Shown piece by piece: positions 35,580 through 46,331 of a DNA stretch of 64,000 nt. The stretch's first letter is position 1, and every line of letters starts with the position of its first letter. Below the pieces are notes generated by a model. That model searched no databases, was not told the DNA's origin, and saw only the letters and a program-made list of their open reading frames with translations. The stretch covers positions 13,989-77,988 of the forward strand of contig CALVPE010000074.1 in NCBI GenBank assembly GCA_944350485.1, given 5' to 3'. This DNA is from an uncultured Bacilli bacterium (lineage in GTDB: Bacteria > Bacillota_I > Bacilli_A > RF39 > UBA660). A program made the translations under genes and the position numbers.

Positions 35580-37322
35580 TTATACCTTTAATAATTCCAC
35601 CTTTTTTGTCCCGTCTTTATAATAAATTATTTTAGTATTTTTTGTAAAATCTATTTTTTTAATTTTAGCTTCCTCTTTTTTCTTTTCTAATATTTTTTTA
35701 TTTTCTTCTTTTTTAAAATCTTCTGTATTTAATTCACTAGCATTATAAGATAATGGTGGTATTAATGTCAAATTAGTATAAGCTCCACTATCACTATCAT
35801 AATTTATTTCTAATTCTCCAACAATTAAAGATAAATTATTTATACCTTGTGCCGGTGAATTAACTATTACCTTTCTGTTTATTTCCCAAAATTTATCTTG
35901 TTTTTCTTCACAATAATTTACTTTCGCAAAATTCATATCTATTGTATATCCTATAACTTTTGCTTGTATTCTATAACTTTCAGCTCTCATAGCATTTATT
36001 TCATAATTTAATCTCCTACTAGCAGCATATTCTGTCAAATTTTCTTCAACAAAAATATTTTTTATATTTCCCATTAAATTTTGTCCTAAGTATTTACTTT
36101 TGTTAAAATATAAGTCTTTTTGTCTCATGGTTTCTATTGATTCTTTATCATATATACCCTGTCCATTAGCAGCTAAAAATTGTCCTTCTTTATTTCTAAG
36201 AATGTAAACAGAATATTCATTTGATCCGGAATATTCTTCCGTTAATTCTTCAAGGCAATTACTGTTATCTGTTCCATCATTTGTTACATAACCAGTTAAT
36301 TCCATAAAGGCATATGTGAACCATTTTGTATTTCTAGAAGCAGTATATAAAAATGGCATTTTAGTATATGACCAATTACCATAAGCTGGTATACTTTGTT
36401 TTAAATTATATTGCAATTTTAATGGATTATAAATATCTGCATCAATTCCAGGCCTATATAATAATAAAACATAAACAATAGTTTCTTTTGTATTATTTGG
36501 TTTTGGATAAATATATTGATCTACTAAATATTCTTTTATATCAGAATATAAACCTATACATTTTACAAAAACATTTATATTCTTTGTTATACTTTTTATA
36601 TAATCAAAAACCGTTTGGTCATAAGAACTTGTTCTTTTATTTTTTTTAGAAAAAACAGATATTTTTGTATTATATAAGTTAAATGGATCATATAAAACAA
36701 ATTGTATATATTTTTTTTCTAAATTACTTTTATATAATTGTCCATTTAAAATTATATTAAATATTTTATCTGATGTATTTTGTAATTCTTTTTTTATTTT
36801 CATTGTTTTACTATTATCAAAATATTTATAGGTATATTGTTTATTTTCACCTATTATTGTTTCTTTTCTAGTTTTTATTATAGGGGATAAATTTCTATTT
36901 TCTTTTATGCTTTCTATTGTTGGTTGATATGTACAAACAAAATTTTTTTCACAAGTATTTTTAATAAAATCCCCTAAACAATCACCACCCGTATATTCTT
37001 CTGATTCATATATATCGCTATTACATAATTGCCAACCATGTGTAGAACATTCACAAGTTATATAATTATTTTTTACTCTTCTGTTTAATAATATTCCACT
37101 AACATAGAAACAATCATTTACATAAACATCTATCTTTAATCCTAAAAAATTTGGTATATATGTTTCATATCCATTTTCATTAACAATAGGAATTGTAAAA
37201 GAAAAACTATCAGTTACTGTTGATATATTTTTTTTAATTGAAATACTTTTAGGATATAATATTTCATCAAATATTTTTATAAAAATTTTTCCTGCATATA
37301 AACTAGTAGCTTCTTTTTTCAT
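35580..37322 (-). CDS. baseplate hub / tail protein (Mu gp44 or P2 gpD-like position)
   Basis: Position between the DNA-circulation-like and V-like genes. Confidence 0.4.
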   Translation of the reverse strand: MKKEATSLYAGKIFIKIFDEILYPKSISIKKNISTVTDSFSFTIPIVNENGYETYIPNFLGLKIDVYVNDCFYVSGILLNRRVKNNYITCECSTHGWQLCNSDIYESEEYTGGDCLGDFIKNTCEKNFVCTYQPTIESIKENRNLSPIIKTRKETIIGENKQYTYKYFDNSKTMKIKKELQNTSDKIFNIILNGQLYKSNLEKKYIQFVLYDPFNLYNTKISVFSKKNKRTSSYDQTVFDYIKSITKNINVFVKCIGLYSDIKEYLVDQYIYPKPNNTKETIVYVLLLYRPGIDADIYNPLKLQYNLKQSIPAYGNWSYTKMPFLYTASRNTKWFTYAFMELTGYVTNDGTDNSNCLEELTEEYSGSNEYSVYILRNKEGQFLAANGQGIYDKESIETMRQKDLYFNKSKYLGQNLMGNIKNIFVEENLTEYAASRRLNYEINAMRAESYRIQAKVIGYTIDMNFAKVNYCEEKQDKFWEINRKVIVNSPAQGINNLSLIVGELEINYDSDSGAYTNLTLIPPLSYNASELNTEDFKKEENKKILEKKKEEAKIKKIDFTKNTKIIYYKDGTKKVELLKV

Positions 37323-38659
37323 ATATCAAATATTTTTATTTTACCACTAACATTTAAAATATCATCTATAATATTATTATTCAACAATAAAATATCTTCA
37401 AATAAATCTTCATTACCATAATAATCATAAACTATTTTATGAAGCGTTTGTGGTGTTTTAATTTCTAAATATTTTATATTATTTTTAGCAACAGCTTCTT
37501 CTAACAAATATTGTTTTGTTTCATTAAAACAAGAAAACAATAAATCTTTTATTTTTATACTTATACTATCATTATAATATAAATTATTGTACATTTCATT
37601 TATTTGTTTGTATAAACTTTCTATTTCTTCATCTGTATTAAAATCCACTTCTGTTGATAATTCCATAATATTTGTAAAATATACAATATTTGAACTATCT
37701 TTTATTTCTTTTTCCATTATTGCTTCTTGTAATTTATTTATATTATAATATTCTACTAATTTATCATTATTACTAGTTGAAAAGTCAAACATTGTATATA
37801 AAAATTTAATAGTATTTTTTGTATCATTAAAATAACTATAAATACCATCGCAAATTTCTTCTATTGTATCTACTATTTTACCTGGTGTTTTTGCAATATT
37901 GACTAATTGTCCATTTATATATTTTAACATGTTTAATATTCTTAAAGGTTCTTGTAACGTTGATACAAAAAAATTAATATTATCTTGTACTGTATTTAAT
38001 ATATTCTGAACTTTTGTTACATATGATTTAACTAAATTAGAATATTTTCTAAAACTTTTATAAATATTTTTTATATTTTCATTTGTAGTTGATAACAAAC
38101 TAGCATTTTTAGTATTATTAATTTTTTGCATAAATGAATTTGGTAATTCACCATTTTGTATTTCTGTTTTTAATTCATTTAAAATTTGTGATTTTAAATT
38201 TTTTATTTTATTTACATCAGCTTTTTGTTCTGTTTTGTAAGAATATTGTAAAGCGACAAATTCTAATGATTCTGTATTTAATCCTAATGAAAAATAACCT
38301 TTATTTGCACTTCTTAAAACACCATAAAAAATATCGCCATCAGGAAATTCTATTTTAACATTTTTACATTTTTCAGTATTTATAATATTTTCTAAAAAAT
38401 TTTTTTGTTCTAAAAAACTATTTTTTAATTCTTCTTTTGAACTATTCTCACCACTCTTATATATACCACCATATTTTATGGTTATTGAAAAAGTTGTTTC
38501 ATTAGGTCCCAAATATTGTATAACCGGTCTATATAATCCATTAATATTATCAATTACTAATCTTTTTCCTCTACTATTAGATATATCATCCCAGAGAAAT
38601 TCTCTATCATTTATTTTTATATAATTTTTATAATATTTATAAACCGCTGTATTTTCCAT
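37319..38659 (-). CDS. tail protein in the position of Mu gp43 (DNA circulation protein)
   Basis: Directly follows the tape measure gene. Size 446 aa. Confidence 0.35.
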   Translation of the reverse strand: MENTAVYKYYKNYIKINDREFLWDDISNSRGKRLVIDNINGLYRPVIQYLGPNETTFSITIKYGGIYKSGENSSKEELKNSFLEQKNFLENIINTEKCKNVKIEFPDGDIFYGVLRSANKGYFSLGLNTESLEFVALQYSYKTEQKADVNKIKNLKSQILNELKTEIQNGELPNSFMQKINNTKNASLLSTTNENIKNIYKSFRKYSNLVKSYVTKVQNILNTVQDNINFFVSTLQEPLRILNMLKYINGQLVNIAKTPGKIVDTIEEICDGIYSYFNDTKNTIKFLYTMFDFSTSNNDKLVEYYNINKLQEAIMEKEIKDSSNIVYFTNIMELSTEVDFNTDEEIESLYKQINEMYNNLYYNDSISIKIKDLLFSCFNETKQYLLEEAVAKNNIKYLEIKTPQTLHKIVYDYYGNEDLFEDILLLNNNIIDDILNVSGKIKIFDI

Positions 38660-38666
38660 ATATTTC

Positions 38667-41162
38667 CTAAATATTACTACCTAAATTTAATCTACTTCTT
38701 ACAGATACATCCAAATTACCACTATTAATATTTTGTGATTTAACCGGAAAATCTGCTACAACATCAACTCTTGCATAATTATTTTGCATTGATGATGAAT
38801 TTAAAACTAATGCTCTTGACATAACTTCTCTTTCCCTATTTTCTCTTTGTTTTTGTTTATTTTTATCATCAAAATATTTAAAAATTTTAAATGATAAAAG
38901 TGCTAAAATAATTAAACCAATTACATAAGGATTTAAAATTAAACTTAACATACTAGGTAATAATGATGTTATAGCTTTAGTAGTTCCACCAATTATTCCT
39001 GAAGTTTTATATCCTTTTCTATAATTTATAAGTGAAATTTTTTCCATTTTATTAAATGTCTTTTTCATATTATCAAAAGATTTTTTAAAATTATCCTTTG
39101 AAAAAAAAGACGAAAAAGAAAAAGCATTAGATATTATTTCTCCACTTATATCTCTATTAATTTTTTTATGTAAAATAGCTCCTGTACCTAATAATCCAAC
39201 CTTTTCTAGATTATTCATATGTCCTATTGAAGCAACTCTCTTAAATAAAAATAAAGTTTTTAAACCACCTAATATATTAGCAATTCCACTGATAGTAAAG
39301 AGAGAAGATAAAATTAATTGTAATGTATTAGAAAAATTTAATCCCTCTGAATTTATACTATCTAATGCATTCTCTAAATTTGAATAAGCTATTGATAATG
39401 TTAATACAGATGAACCTAATCCTATAAAACTTTGTTTTAAAAATTCATTTCTTAATGACATCATATCTAAAATTTTTCCTTCTTGGAAGGCTTTTTGCAT
39501 TGATGTTAAATATATCGTCATATCCTTTAATGATTTACTAGAAGTAAAAGTAATAGATTTAAAAGCTGCAAAACCAACTACTGATAAATTAATTAAAGGC
39601 ATTAATTTTGTAAATAGTTGTACTAATGATGTTAATGTTGATATACCAGATGTTAATGAATTTAAAATTGGATTAAATTCTGTTAAACCACCAGTTAATG
39701 ATAATTTAAAATCTTGTATAGCATTATTTAATCTAGATATATCTGCCCCTAAACTATAAATATATAAATTTTCTTTATTTCTAGGATCTAATTTAGATTC
39801 TTCAAAAACTGTTTTAAAAAATTCAGCTGTTGATATATTATTACTTCTTAAATAATTTTGTAAATCATCAAAATTCTTTAATGTATCATTAGCCATTTTA
39901 TTATAGCCTTTTAAAGCATATTGTAAAACTGGTGCTCTTAATGGGGTGTTACCTAATTGCCTATTAAATTCTTCTGCCGATAATGAACCTTTTTCAAGCA
40001 TTTGATAAAAAGCCCTTATAGCTCCTTGTTGTTCATCAGCTGTTGCACCAACTAATGTAAACATTTTCATCATTTCTTTATATGATGATAATGTATCATT
40101 AAATGTTATAGTACCTTTTGGAACAGCATTAGCTAATTTAGAAAATCCCTTTTCCATTTCTCCATATTCAACACCAAGTTCATTTGCATAGTTTCTTAAA
40201 TCTTTCATTAAGTTTTTAGCTTCAACTATATTTTGTGAAGATGAATTTTGAGAAAATTCTTCAAAATTTCCTAAAACTCTACCAAGCATAATTGAAGTTG
40301 ATTCAAATTCTTTTCTAACACTTACTATATCTTTTACAAAAGTAAATAAACTTAATGCTCCTAAATAAAGTCCAAAAGTTTTTACTTTTTCCATGAAATC
40401 GTCAAAAAAATCACCAAAATTTATTAATGGCTTTGAATATTGTTCAATATCTTTAATATATGTATTATCTATTATTTTTTTTAATTTATTATCTTTTGTA
40501 GTTAATTTTGAATATTCCCTTTGTTGTTCTTTTATTTCATTTTTTAAATTTTTTATTTTATCCAAAAATCTTTTATTTAAAATTTTATCTTCAAGTCTAC
40601 CAAGTTTTTGTATCTCTTTTTGTTGTTTTACTATTTCATTAGTTTGTTTCTTTAATTCTTTTATTTTTTCAATAAATCTTTTATCTAAAATATTACTTTC
40701 TAATATTCTAATTTTTCCTATTTGTTCATATTGTTTTTTATATTCAATAGTTTGCTCTCTTAAATCTTTTATTTTTTGTTTATTACCATCAACATCATAT
40801 ACTTTTTTTAATAATTCAGCAGAAGCATATGATTTTAAAGGAAATTTTTTTGATAATATTTTTTCTTGTTGTTCAGGTAATAAATTTGCAAATTCTTTTG
40901 TGGAAATAAAATTTGACATTTTTAAAAATTTATTACTATAAGTTCTAGCCATAAATTCTGGATCAGTAAAATTTTTCAAAAATGTGGCCATACCTTTTTT
41001 GCCAAATCTTCCATTATAAGAAGATAGTTCACCAAAAAATCTATTTTTATAATTTTTTATATTTAGATTTTTTAGTTGTTTTTGTAAAGTAGAAAAATTT
41101 TTAATTAATTTTTCTAATAATTTTGTATCAACACCAAATGTAACATCAACAGAACTAGCCAT
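38667..41162 (-). CDS. tail tape measure protein
   Basis: 831 aa. Coiled-coil N-terminal half and hydrophobic segments in the C-terminal half. Follows the chaperone pair. Confidence 0.65.
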   Translation of the reverse strand: MASSVDVTFGVDTKLLEKLIKNFSTLQKQLKNLNIKNYKNRFFGELSSYNGRFGKKGMATFLKNFTDPEFMARTYSNKFLKMSNFISTKEFANLLPEQQEKILSKKFPLKSYASAELLKKVYDVDGNKQKIKDLREQTIEYKKQYEQIGKIRILESNILDKRFIEKIKELKKQTNEIVKQQKEIQKLGRLEDKILNKRFLDKIKNLKNEIKEQQREYSKLTTKDNKLKKIIDNTYIKDIEQYSKPLINFGDFFDDFMEKVKTFGLYLGALSLFTFVKDIVSVRKEFESTSIMLGRVLGNFEEFSQNSSSQNIVEAKNLMKDLRNYANELGVEYGEMEKGFSKLANAVPKGTITFNDTLSSYKEMMKMFTLVGATADEQQGAIRAFYQMLEKGSLSAEEFNRQLGNTPLRAPVLQYALKGYNKMANDTLKNFDDLQNYLRSNNISTAEFFKTVFEESKLDPRNKENLYIYSLGADISRLNNAIQDFKLSLTGGLTEFNPILNSLTSGISTLTSLVQLFTKLMPLINLSVVGFAAFKSITFTSSKSLKDMTIYLTSMQKAFQEGKILDMMSLRNEFLKQSFIGLGSSVLTLSIAYSNLENALDSINSEGLNFSNTLQLILSSLFTISGIANILGGLKTLFLFKRVASIGHMNNLEKVGLLGTGAILHKKINRDISGEIISNAFSFSSFFSKDNFKKSFDNMKKTFNKMEKISLINYRKGYKTSGIIGGTTKAITSLLPSMLSLILNPYVIGLIILALLSFKIFKYFDDKNKQKQRENREREVMSRALVLNSSSMQNNYARVDVVADFPVKSQNINSGNLDVSVRSRLNLGSNI

Positions 41163-41163
41163 T

Positions 41164-41933
41164 TTATTTTATTTTATTATTTTTTTTCATATTATTTAAT
41201 GTGGATTCAATTTCATCAGAAATATCATTAGCAACTTTATTTTCTAAAAGTAATTCATCTATTGTTAAAGTATTTAGATATTCTGCTGTCATACCACCTT
41301 CATAAAATTTTATTATCTTGTTTCTAGTTTTAATAATTTCCTCTCTTACATATTCTAGTGAAAAAGACAAATTAATATTTTTTATATCACATTTTGTCTC
41401 TTTCACTTTTTCAATTATTTTTCTATCTTCCTCGTTGATGAAGAGTTGGATACTTGAAAAAAAAATGCAAAAATGATTTTGTATAAATCAAAAATATCAC
41501 CACTTTCTTCAAGTTGTTTTTTTATCATATTACCTGAAATATTTTTTTCCATTTCTTCGTCAACAAATAAAAATTTATCAAAATAAACTGGACATTTTTC
41601 TAATAAGTCCTTTTCAAAATCATCATAACCACCCATAACACATCCATATACTAGACTATTAGCAGTTTGTAAAATATTTTCATCATTATCAAATATATTA
41701 TCTGCTTTTTCTTGTATTTCTTCATCATTTTCATCAACAATAATATTATCAGAAATAACCTTTTGTCCTAACACTAAATATTTTTGTGTCTTATGAATAA
41801 TTGCAGAAAACAAACCAATATTTTTTCTAATTAAATCTTCAACAGTAGGTTTTTTAATATAAATATAGTCAGTTTCTACTAATTCATTATTTTTATCTTG
41901 ATAACTTATTTTTTCCGATAGTTTAAGTTTCAT
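41164..41933 (-). CDS. tail assembly chaperone pair (G-like 41415..41933; G-T-like fusion product made by -1 frameshift into 41164..41406)
   Basis: Two short ORFs between tube and tape measure. A slippery T9 run on the minus strand (plus 41457-41465) sits at the end of the upstream ORF. The -1 frame continues directly into the downstream ORF frame without a stop. Confidence 0.6.
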
Positions 41934-41954
41934 GTATTTTTTCCTTTTTAATTA

Positions 41955-42380
41955 TTAAATTAATAAAAATTCAACTGGATCTCCCTTAAATACTAGTCTC
42001 ATATCGTTTCCAGAATTTAATGAAACACCAGTAATAAAATCTGCTACACAATTAGATACTTTTGCACAAACCCCTAATTCAGCATCAATAATTGTCAATG
42101 TAAAAGAAGGTCCTTGTGCTAATTCTGTACAGTATCCTAATGTATACATATCAGGCGACATAGGTACAGATATTTCAGACTGTGTATTATCATAGGTAAT
42201 AAAAGTCACTATACCACCATCCTTCAATGATATTGTATCATTTGTACCATAACCTAAATTTTCAAATGTATAATCACCATTTGTCAAATTGGTTTTTAAA
42301 AGTTCTCCATTTATATACACATGAGGCTTTGTATCAGATTTTTTTCCTTGAACACCATTAATTTCAAAAATTCCTGCCAT
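41955..42380 (-). CDS. tail tube protein
   Basis: 141 aa immediately downstream of the sheath gene. Confidence 0.6.
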   Translation of the reverse strand: MAGIFEINGVQGKKSDTKPHVYINGELLKTNLTNGDYTFENLGYGTNDTISLKDGGIVTFITYDNTQSEISVPMSPDMYTLGYCTELAQGPSFTLTIIDAELGVCAKVSNCVADFITGVSLNSGNDMRLVFKGDPVEFLLI

Positions 42381-42389
42381 TTCTTCTCC

Positions 42390-43934
42390 TTAACTTATAT
42401 AACCAAATTTATAATTCATAAAAATTTCTCTTAATTGAGAATAAACTACAGTCTCTATTAAAGTACTTGTAATTTTACCATCAGCATAATCTTCAACAGT
42501 ATTATTTTTTAAGGCATTTAAGAATGTAGTTAAACCTTCTGGTTCTACAAACTTATATGATCTTTTAGTTTCTGAATCTGTTTCTTGACCAGAACAAACC
42601 TTATATCCTGTCTGACAATCAATTATAAAATTAGCCTTTGTAATTCCACTTTCCATTCTTTTATGTGCCATAGTTCTTTTTTGTCTATTAAATAAATAGC
42701 TTAAAAAACTAGAAACACATTCATCAAAAGCCATCCAATGGAAATTTTTATCTAAATTACCTTCACTATCTTTTGTGTATGTAGTTACTAAATCACCAAT
42801 AACTAATTTATTTTCTTTATTAATTGTAAATACAGAAACACCTGAATCATTAAGTAATTGAACTTCATCTCCATCTTCATTTTCTAACCATTCTTCACCT
42901 TCTTCTATTGTATATTTTTCTAAAATAGTTTCAGCTAATGGTAATGATACATTATTAGGATCACCCAAAGGAATTAGTGAATTTATTTTTCCAAAATTTG
43001 TTCCTTCTGTATAGCATAAATTTAATACACCAGCTATTAAAGAAGATAAATAACATGGTTGAATAATTATATGACCACAATTATAACCATCTTTATTAAT
43101 TTTCTTTAATCCCAATATTGTTTGTGAACTCTCATTTAGTCCTTCAGCTTGTTCAATTAAATTTTCTAATGTATCAACTTTGGTTTGTATCATTCTACCC
43201 CTTTTATCAACATTAGAATAATTTTGCCATTTCTTTAATTCATTAATAAAATTAGTAGTATCTATACCATCTTCAAAAATATATAATCTATTTTTTTCTT
43301 TTTTACTATTAATATAGTTAATTAATTCATCTGCAGTAGCACTATTTGTTCCAGCATTAATAGTAATTGAAGATGTTATACCTTCACCAATTATTTTTGC
43401 TTTAACTGGTGTACTTGCACCACATGAACCATCAACTCTTGAAGTAAATGTTACCTTTGTGTCTGAAGCAGAATAGTTAGTAACATCAAATGGTATATCT
43501 TCCCATTTTTTTGCTTCTGTTATAATAGCTTCCACTATTTGTGTAGGTGTAACACTACTTTCAAAATTTAAAGAAAAACTATGTATTTTATCAAAAAATG
43601 AAAAATCTACTTGAATAGCACTTGTAGCAGTTCCTTCAAATTCAACTTCAATGGTTGTTGCTGTTGCTTCTTCTGGCGTAGGTAAAACATCAACAGAAAC
43701 TTGGCATTCATATTCACTATCTGCCTCCAAATAAGCTAAGTACATACCATATAAAAAACTTCTTTCACCAGCTACATCACTAACTTGTTTTTTAGTTTTT
43801 ACAGATGGTAAATGAACTATTTCTTGTAAATTTTTACTTTTTTCAGCAGTACCAATTAATTTAACACTATAATCGGCATTTTGCTGACCTTGTTTTGTAG
43901 TAGTATAATTAATTTTTGCCATTATTTTCCCCAA
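42390..43934 (-). CDS. contractile tail sheath protein
   Basis: 514 aa. Sheath-like size, directly upstream of the tube, chaperones and tape measure. Confidence 0.6.
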   Translation of the reverse strand: MGKIMAKINYTTTKQGQQNADYSVKLIGTAEKSKNLQEIVHLPSVKTKKQVSDVAGERSFLYGMYLAYLEADSEYECQVSVDVLPTPEEATATTIEVEFEGTATSAIQVDFSFFDKIHSFSLNFESSVTPTQIVEAIITEAKKWEDIPFDVTNYSASDTKVTFTSRVDGSCGASTPVKAKIIGEGITSSITINAGTNSATADELINYINSKKEKNRLYIFEDGIDTTNFINELKKWQNYSNVDKRGRMIQTKVDTLENLIEQAEGLNESSQTILGLKKINKDGYNCGHIIIQPCYLSSLIAGVLNLCYTEGTNFGKINSLIPLGDPNNVSLPLAETILEKYTIEEGEEWLENEDGDEVQLLNDSGVSVFTINKENKLVIGDLVTTYTKDSEGNLDKNFHWMAFDECVSSFLSYLFNRQKRTMAHKRMESGITKANFIIDCQTGYKVCSGQETDSETKRSYKFVEPEGLTTFLNALKNNTVEDYADGKITSTLIETVVYSQLREIFMNYKFGYIS

Positions 43935-44133
43935 CTTTATTATTTACAAAAACCTTTTTTTGTGTATCTTTTTTATTATTATCAATTATAATTTTTAAAT
44001 CTCCATCTTGTTTTCTTCTTTCACAGAATGTTTTTAAATTATAATTGTTATCATCAACCAAAATAGTATCGTTCTTTTTATAAACTTTACCATCTGGCAT
44101 CTTAATTTTTTCTCTTTTTACTTTATATAACAT
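43909..44133 (-). CDS. small basic protein (first gene after a late-promoter motif)
   Basis: ORF. AGACTTCCATT about 55 bp upstream. Confidence 0.3.
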   Translation of the reverse strand: MLYKVKREKIKMPDGKVYKKNDTILVDDNNYNLKTFCERRKQDGDLKIIIDNNKKDTQKKVFVNNKVGENNGKN

Positions 44134-44163
44134 ATTTTTATTTAAATATTAATTTACATTACT

Positions 44164-44197
44164 ATTATAAAATATAAATATATCACAATGGAAGTCT
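44164..44197 (-). promoter_or_regulatory. late-type promoter: AGACTTCCATT - 17 nt - TATAAT, upstream of the sheath gene block
   Basis: Minus strand AGACTTCCATTgtgatatatttatattttTATAAT. Gene start at 44133. Confidence 0.5.
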
Positions 44198-44201
44198 AAT
44201 T

Positions 44202-45341
44202 TTAACAATCTAATTCAATTTTTGAAAAATTATTACTATCCCTATTAGTTATATCCATTTCTATATTATTTAATCTTACATCCATAATAGGTAATTTATA
44301 ATCATCAACAAAAGTTTGTATTCTAAATTCATATTGAAAATCAATAACACTTAAATCATTTTCTCTATTTTCTGCAAAAGAAGATTTAATAAATTTTATT
44401 TTTTCGGTTTTATCTATTAATAAATTTTTATCAGTTAAAAATATATTTTTTTCTCCAAAAATTTTATTAAAAACTTTATGTAATAAAAAATCTTGAAAAT
44501 CTCTTAAAATATATTTATTAATATTTCTATGCATAAAAAAAGTATATACATGAAATTTATAACTATAATAACCAACAGAAGTAAAATTACTAGCAGTATT
44601 ATTAACTTCGTCATCTAAAACTATAAAGCATGTTATTTGATTACTTTTTTTAATATTAATTATTGGTTTATTTTCCTTGGTTATTTTATCTTCTATAAGA
44701 CCATTTTGTATATTTCTACTGAATTGTGCTTTTGCATCTAAAAAATCATAAGCTGGAAAGATTCTAGTATTAAAGGTAATATACATATCATCTTTATCTT
44801 CAATTATAAAATTTAATTTTGTATCATCTTCTTGAAAAGAAAATTTATTTTTATCTAATATTTTTACTCTTTTTATTCCATTGCCTTTAAAATAATTATA
44901 TATATAAAAAAATGCATTTTCTACATTTGGATTATCTGTTGTATTTTGATTAACTTTTATTCTTAACTTAAAACCTGCATCTTGATAATCTTCTAAAACT
45001 TCAGTTTTAACATTATATAAATTATCTTCGCAACCTTGTATATTTATAAAAACTTTATCTTTTTTTGAAGGATCTTTTGTTTGATTATGATTTTGTTTTG
45101 AATATAAAAAAGCTTCATCAGATTTAATTTTCTCTATTTTTTCTATATCTATTCTTAAAGGTATGTTTTGTATAAAAAAAACAGCTTCGGTATCTTTTTC
45201 TAATTTTAAATCTTCTTTTGTAGTAACAGTAAAAAGTCCATCAATAACTTCTACCTTTTGAATATAAATTTTATCACTAAACATATCAGTTAATAGTGGT
45301 AAATATTTTTTTGCTTGGTTAACTAAAAATTCTACTTTCAT
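44202..45341 (-). CDS. hypothetical virion protein (neck / head-tail joining region)
   Basis: Position only. Confidence 0.3.
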   Translation of the reverse strand: MKVEFLVNQAKKYLPLLTDMFSDKIYIQKVEVIDGLFTVTTKEDLKLEKDTEAVFFIQNIPLRIDIEKIEKIKSDEAFLYSKQNHNQTKDPSKKDKVFINIQGCEDNLYNVKTEVLEDYQDAGFKLRIKVNQNTTDNPNVENAFFYIYNYFKGNGIKRVKILDKNKFSFQEDDTKLNFIIEDKDDMYITFNTRIFPAYDFLDAKAQFSRNIQNGLIEDKITKENKPIINIKKSNQITCFIVLDDEVNNTASNFTSVGYYSYKFHVYTFFMHRNINKYILRDFQDFLLHKVFNKIFGEKNIFLTDKNLLIDKTEKIKFIKSSFAENRENDLSVIDFQYEFRIQTFVDDYKLPIMDVRLNNIEMDITNRDSNNFSKIELDC

Positions 45342-45345
45342 ATTT

Positions 45346-45897
45346 TTACCAATTTTTTAAAGTTATTATACTTGCATTTGACAATTTTTTTTCTTCATTA
45401 AATTTTTTAATAGCATTATATAAGCCATAACCATAACTTGTTCTACCATTAATTAAATATCCTTTATTATCTCTATTTTTAAATAAATCTCTTTTATTAG
45501 AAACATATATTTTTTTGCCATTTTTTAAATATTCTGATTTATATTTTGCTCTTTCCGATGTATCTTTAAGACTAATATTAAAGTTTATGGTTTTATTATT
45601 ACTATCACTTCTTAAAAATGTAACATCTGATTTTAAACCTCTATATGTTCCTATATCACTTTTTCTTGACCTAATTGAGTTTGGTTCTCTTCCAATAACT
45701 TCTCCTAATGCTGATCTTCTATATCTAAATTTTATATATTTTTTTGTTATTAAATTTCCGGTTTTTTTTCCATGAATCATTTCATCTTTTGTAATTTTAA
45801 GAGCATTATTAGCAATATTTTCTGCTTCTATTCTAGCTACTTTCTTAATTTTATCATTAATTTTTTTTCTAAAAACAGACAGTTTTACTTGCTTCAT
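45346..45897 (-). CDS. hypothetical virion protein (head completion / tail terminator-like position)
   Basis: Position only. Confidence 0.3.
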   Translation of the reverse strand: MKQVKLSVFRKKINDKIKKVARIEAENIANNALKITKDEMIHGKKTGNLITKKYIKFRYRRSALGEVIGREPNSIRSRKSDIGTYRGLKSDVTFLRSDSNNKTINFNISLKDTSERAKYKSEYLKNGKKIYVSNKRDLFKNRDNKGYLINGRTSYGYGLYNAIKKFNEEKKLSNASIITLKNW

Positions 45898-46310
45898 TAT
45901 ATACCCTCATTTCCTTTTAATTGTTCATTACCCATTGTCATTAAAGAACATTTTAAAAACATTCCCATATTATCAACATTTTCTATATCTATAATTTTAT
46001 ACCTTATAGTTCTATATAAAACATAACATTCACAATCAATATTATTTCTATATGGTATAATCATTTCAGCATTTTTTATAGATTTAATTTTTTCAGCAAT
46101 ACCTAATCCATCTTCATCATATTCAACAAAATCAGGTTTTAAAACTTTCCAATAACAATTTACTTCAAATATTGTTTCAAATTTATTAACTACTGATAAA
46201 TCATCAAAATCATTATTAGACTGGTATCTTTTTTGTACCTTAACAGTATGTACCATATCACCTATATTATAAAATTTTTTTTCAGCAAAATTTGATTTTT
46301 TGAATCCCAT
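45897..46310 (-). CDS. hypothetical virion protein (head-tail adaptor-like position)
   Basis: Position. AGACTTCCATT about 45 bp upstream. Confidence 0.3.
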   Translation of the reverse strand: MGFKKSNFAEKKFYNIGDMVHTVKVQKRYQSNNDFDDLSVVNKFETIFEVNCYWKVLKPDFVEYDEDGLGIAEKIKSIKNAEMIIPYRNNIDCECYVLYRTIRYKIIDIENVDNMGMFLKCSLMTMGNEQLKGNEGI

Positions 46311-46331
46311 AATAAATTTGTTTTTTTTATA

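Noticed and set aside
40393-40941. 182-aa plus-strand ORF inside the tape measure gene
   Set aside because: Antisense to an 831-aa ORF with tape-measure features. Its translation is a Phe/Ser/Leu-rich low-complexity artefact. Other listed antisense ORFs (3192..3380, 3966..4154, 10021..10281, 14171..14442, 15361..15912, 16177..16374, 17833..18048, 19641..19829, 26836..27021, 29571..29777, 30788..31066, 31267..31467, 35185..35418, 38134..38358, 45515..46026, 47802..47996, 49227..49481, 57005..57247, 58383..58565, 61547..61771) were rejected for the same reason.
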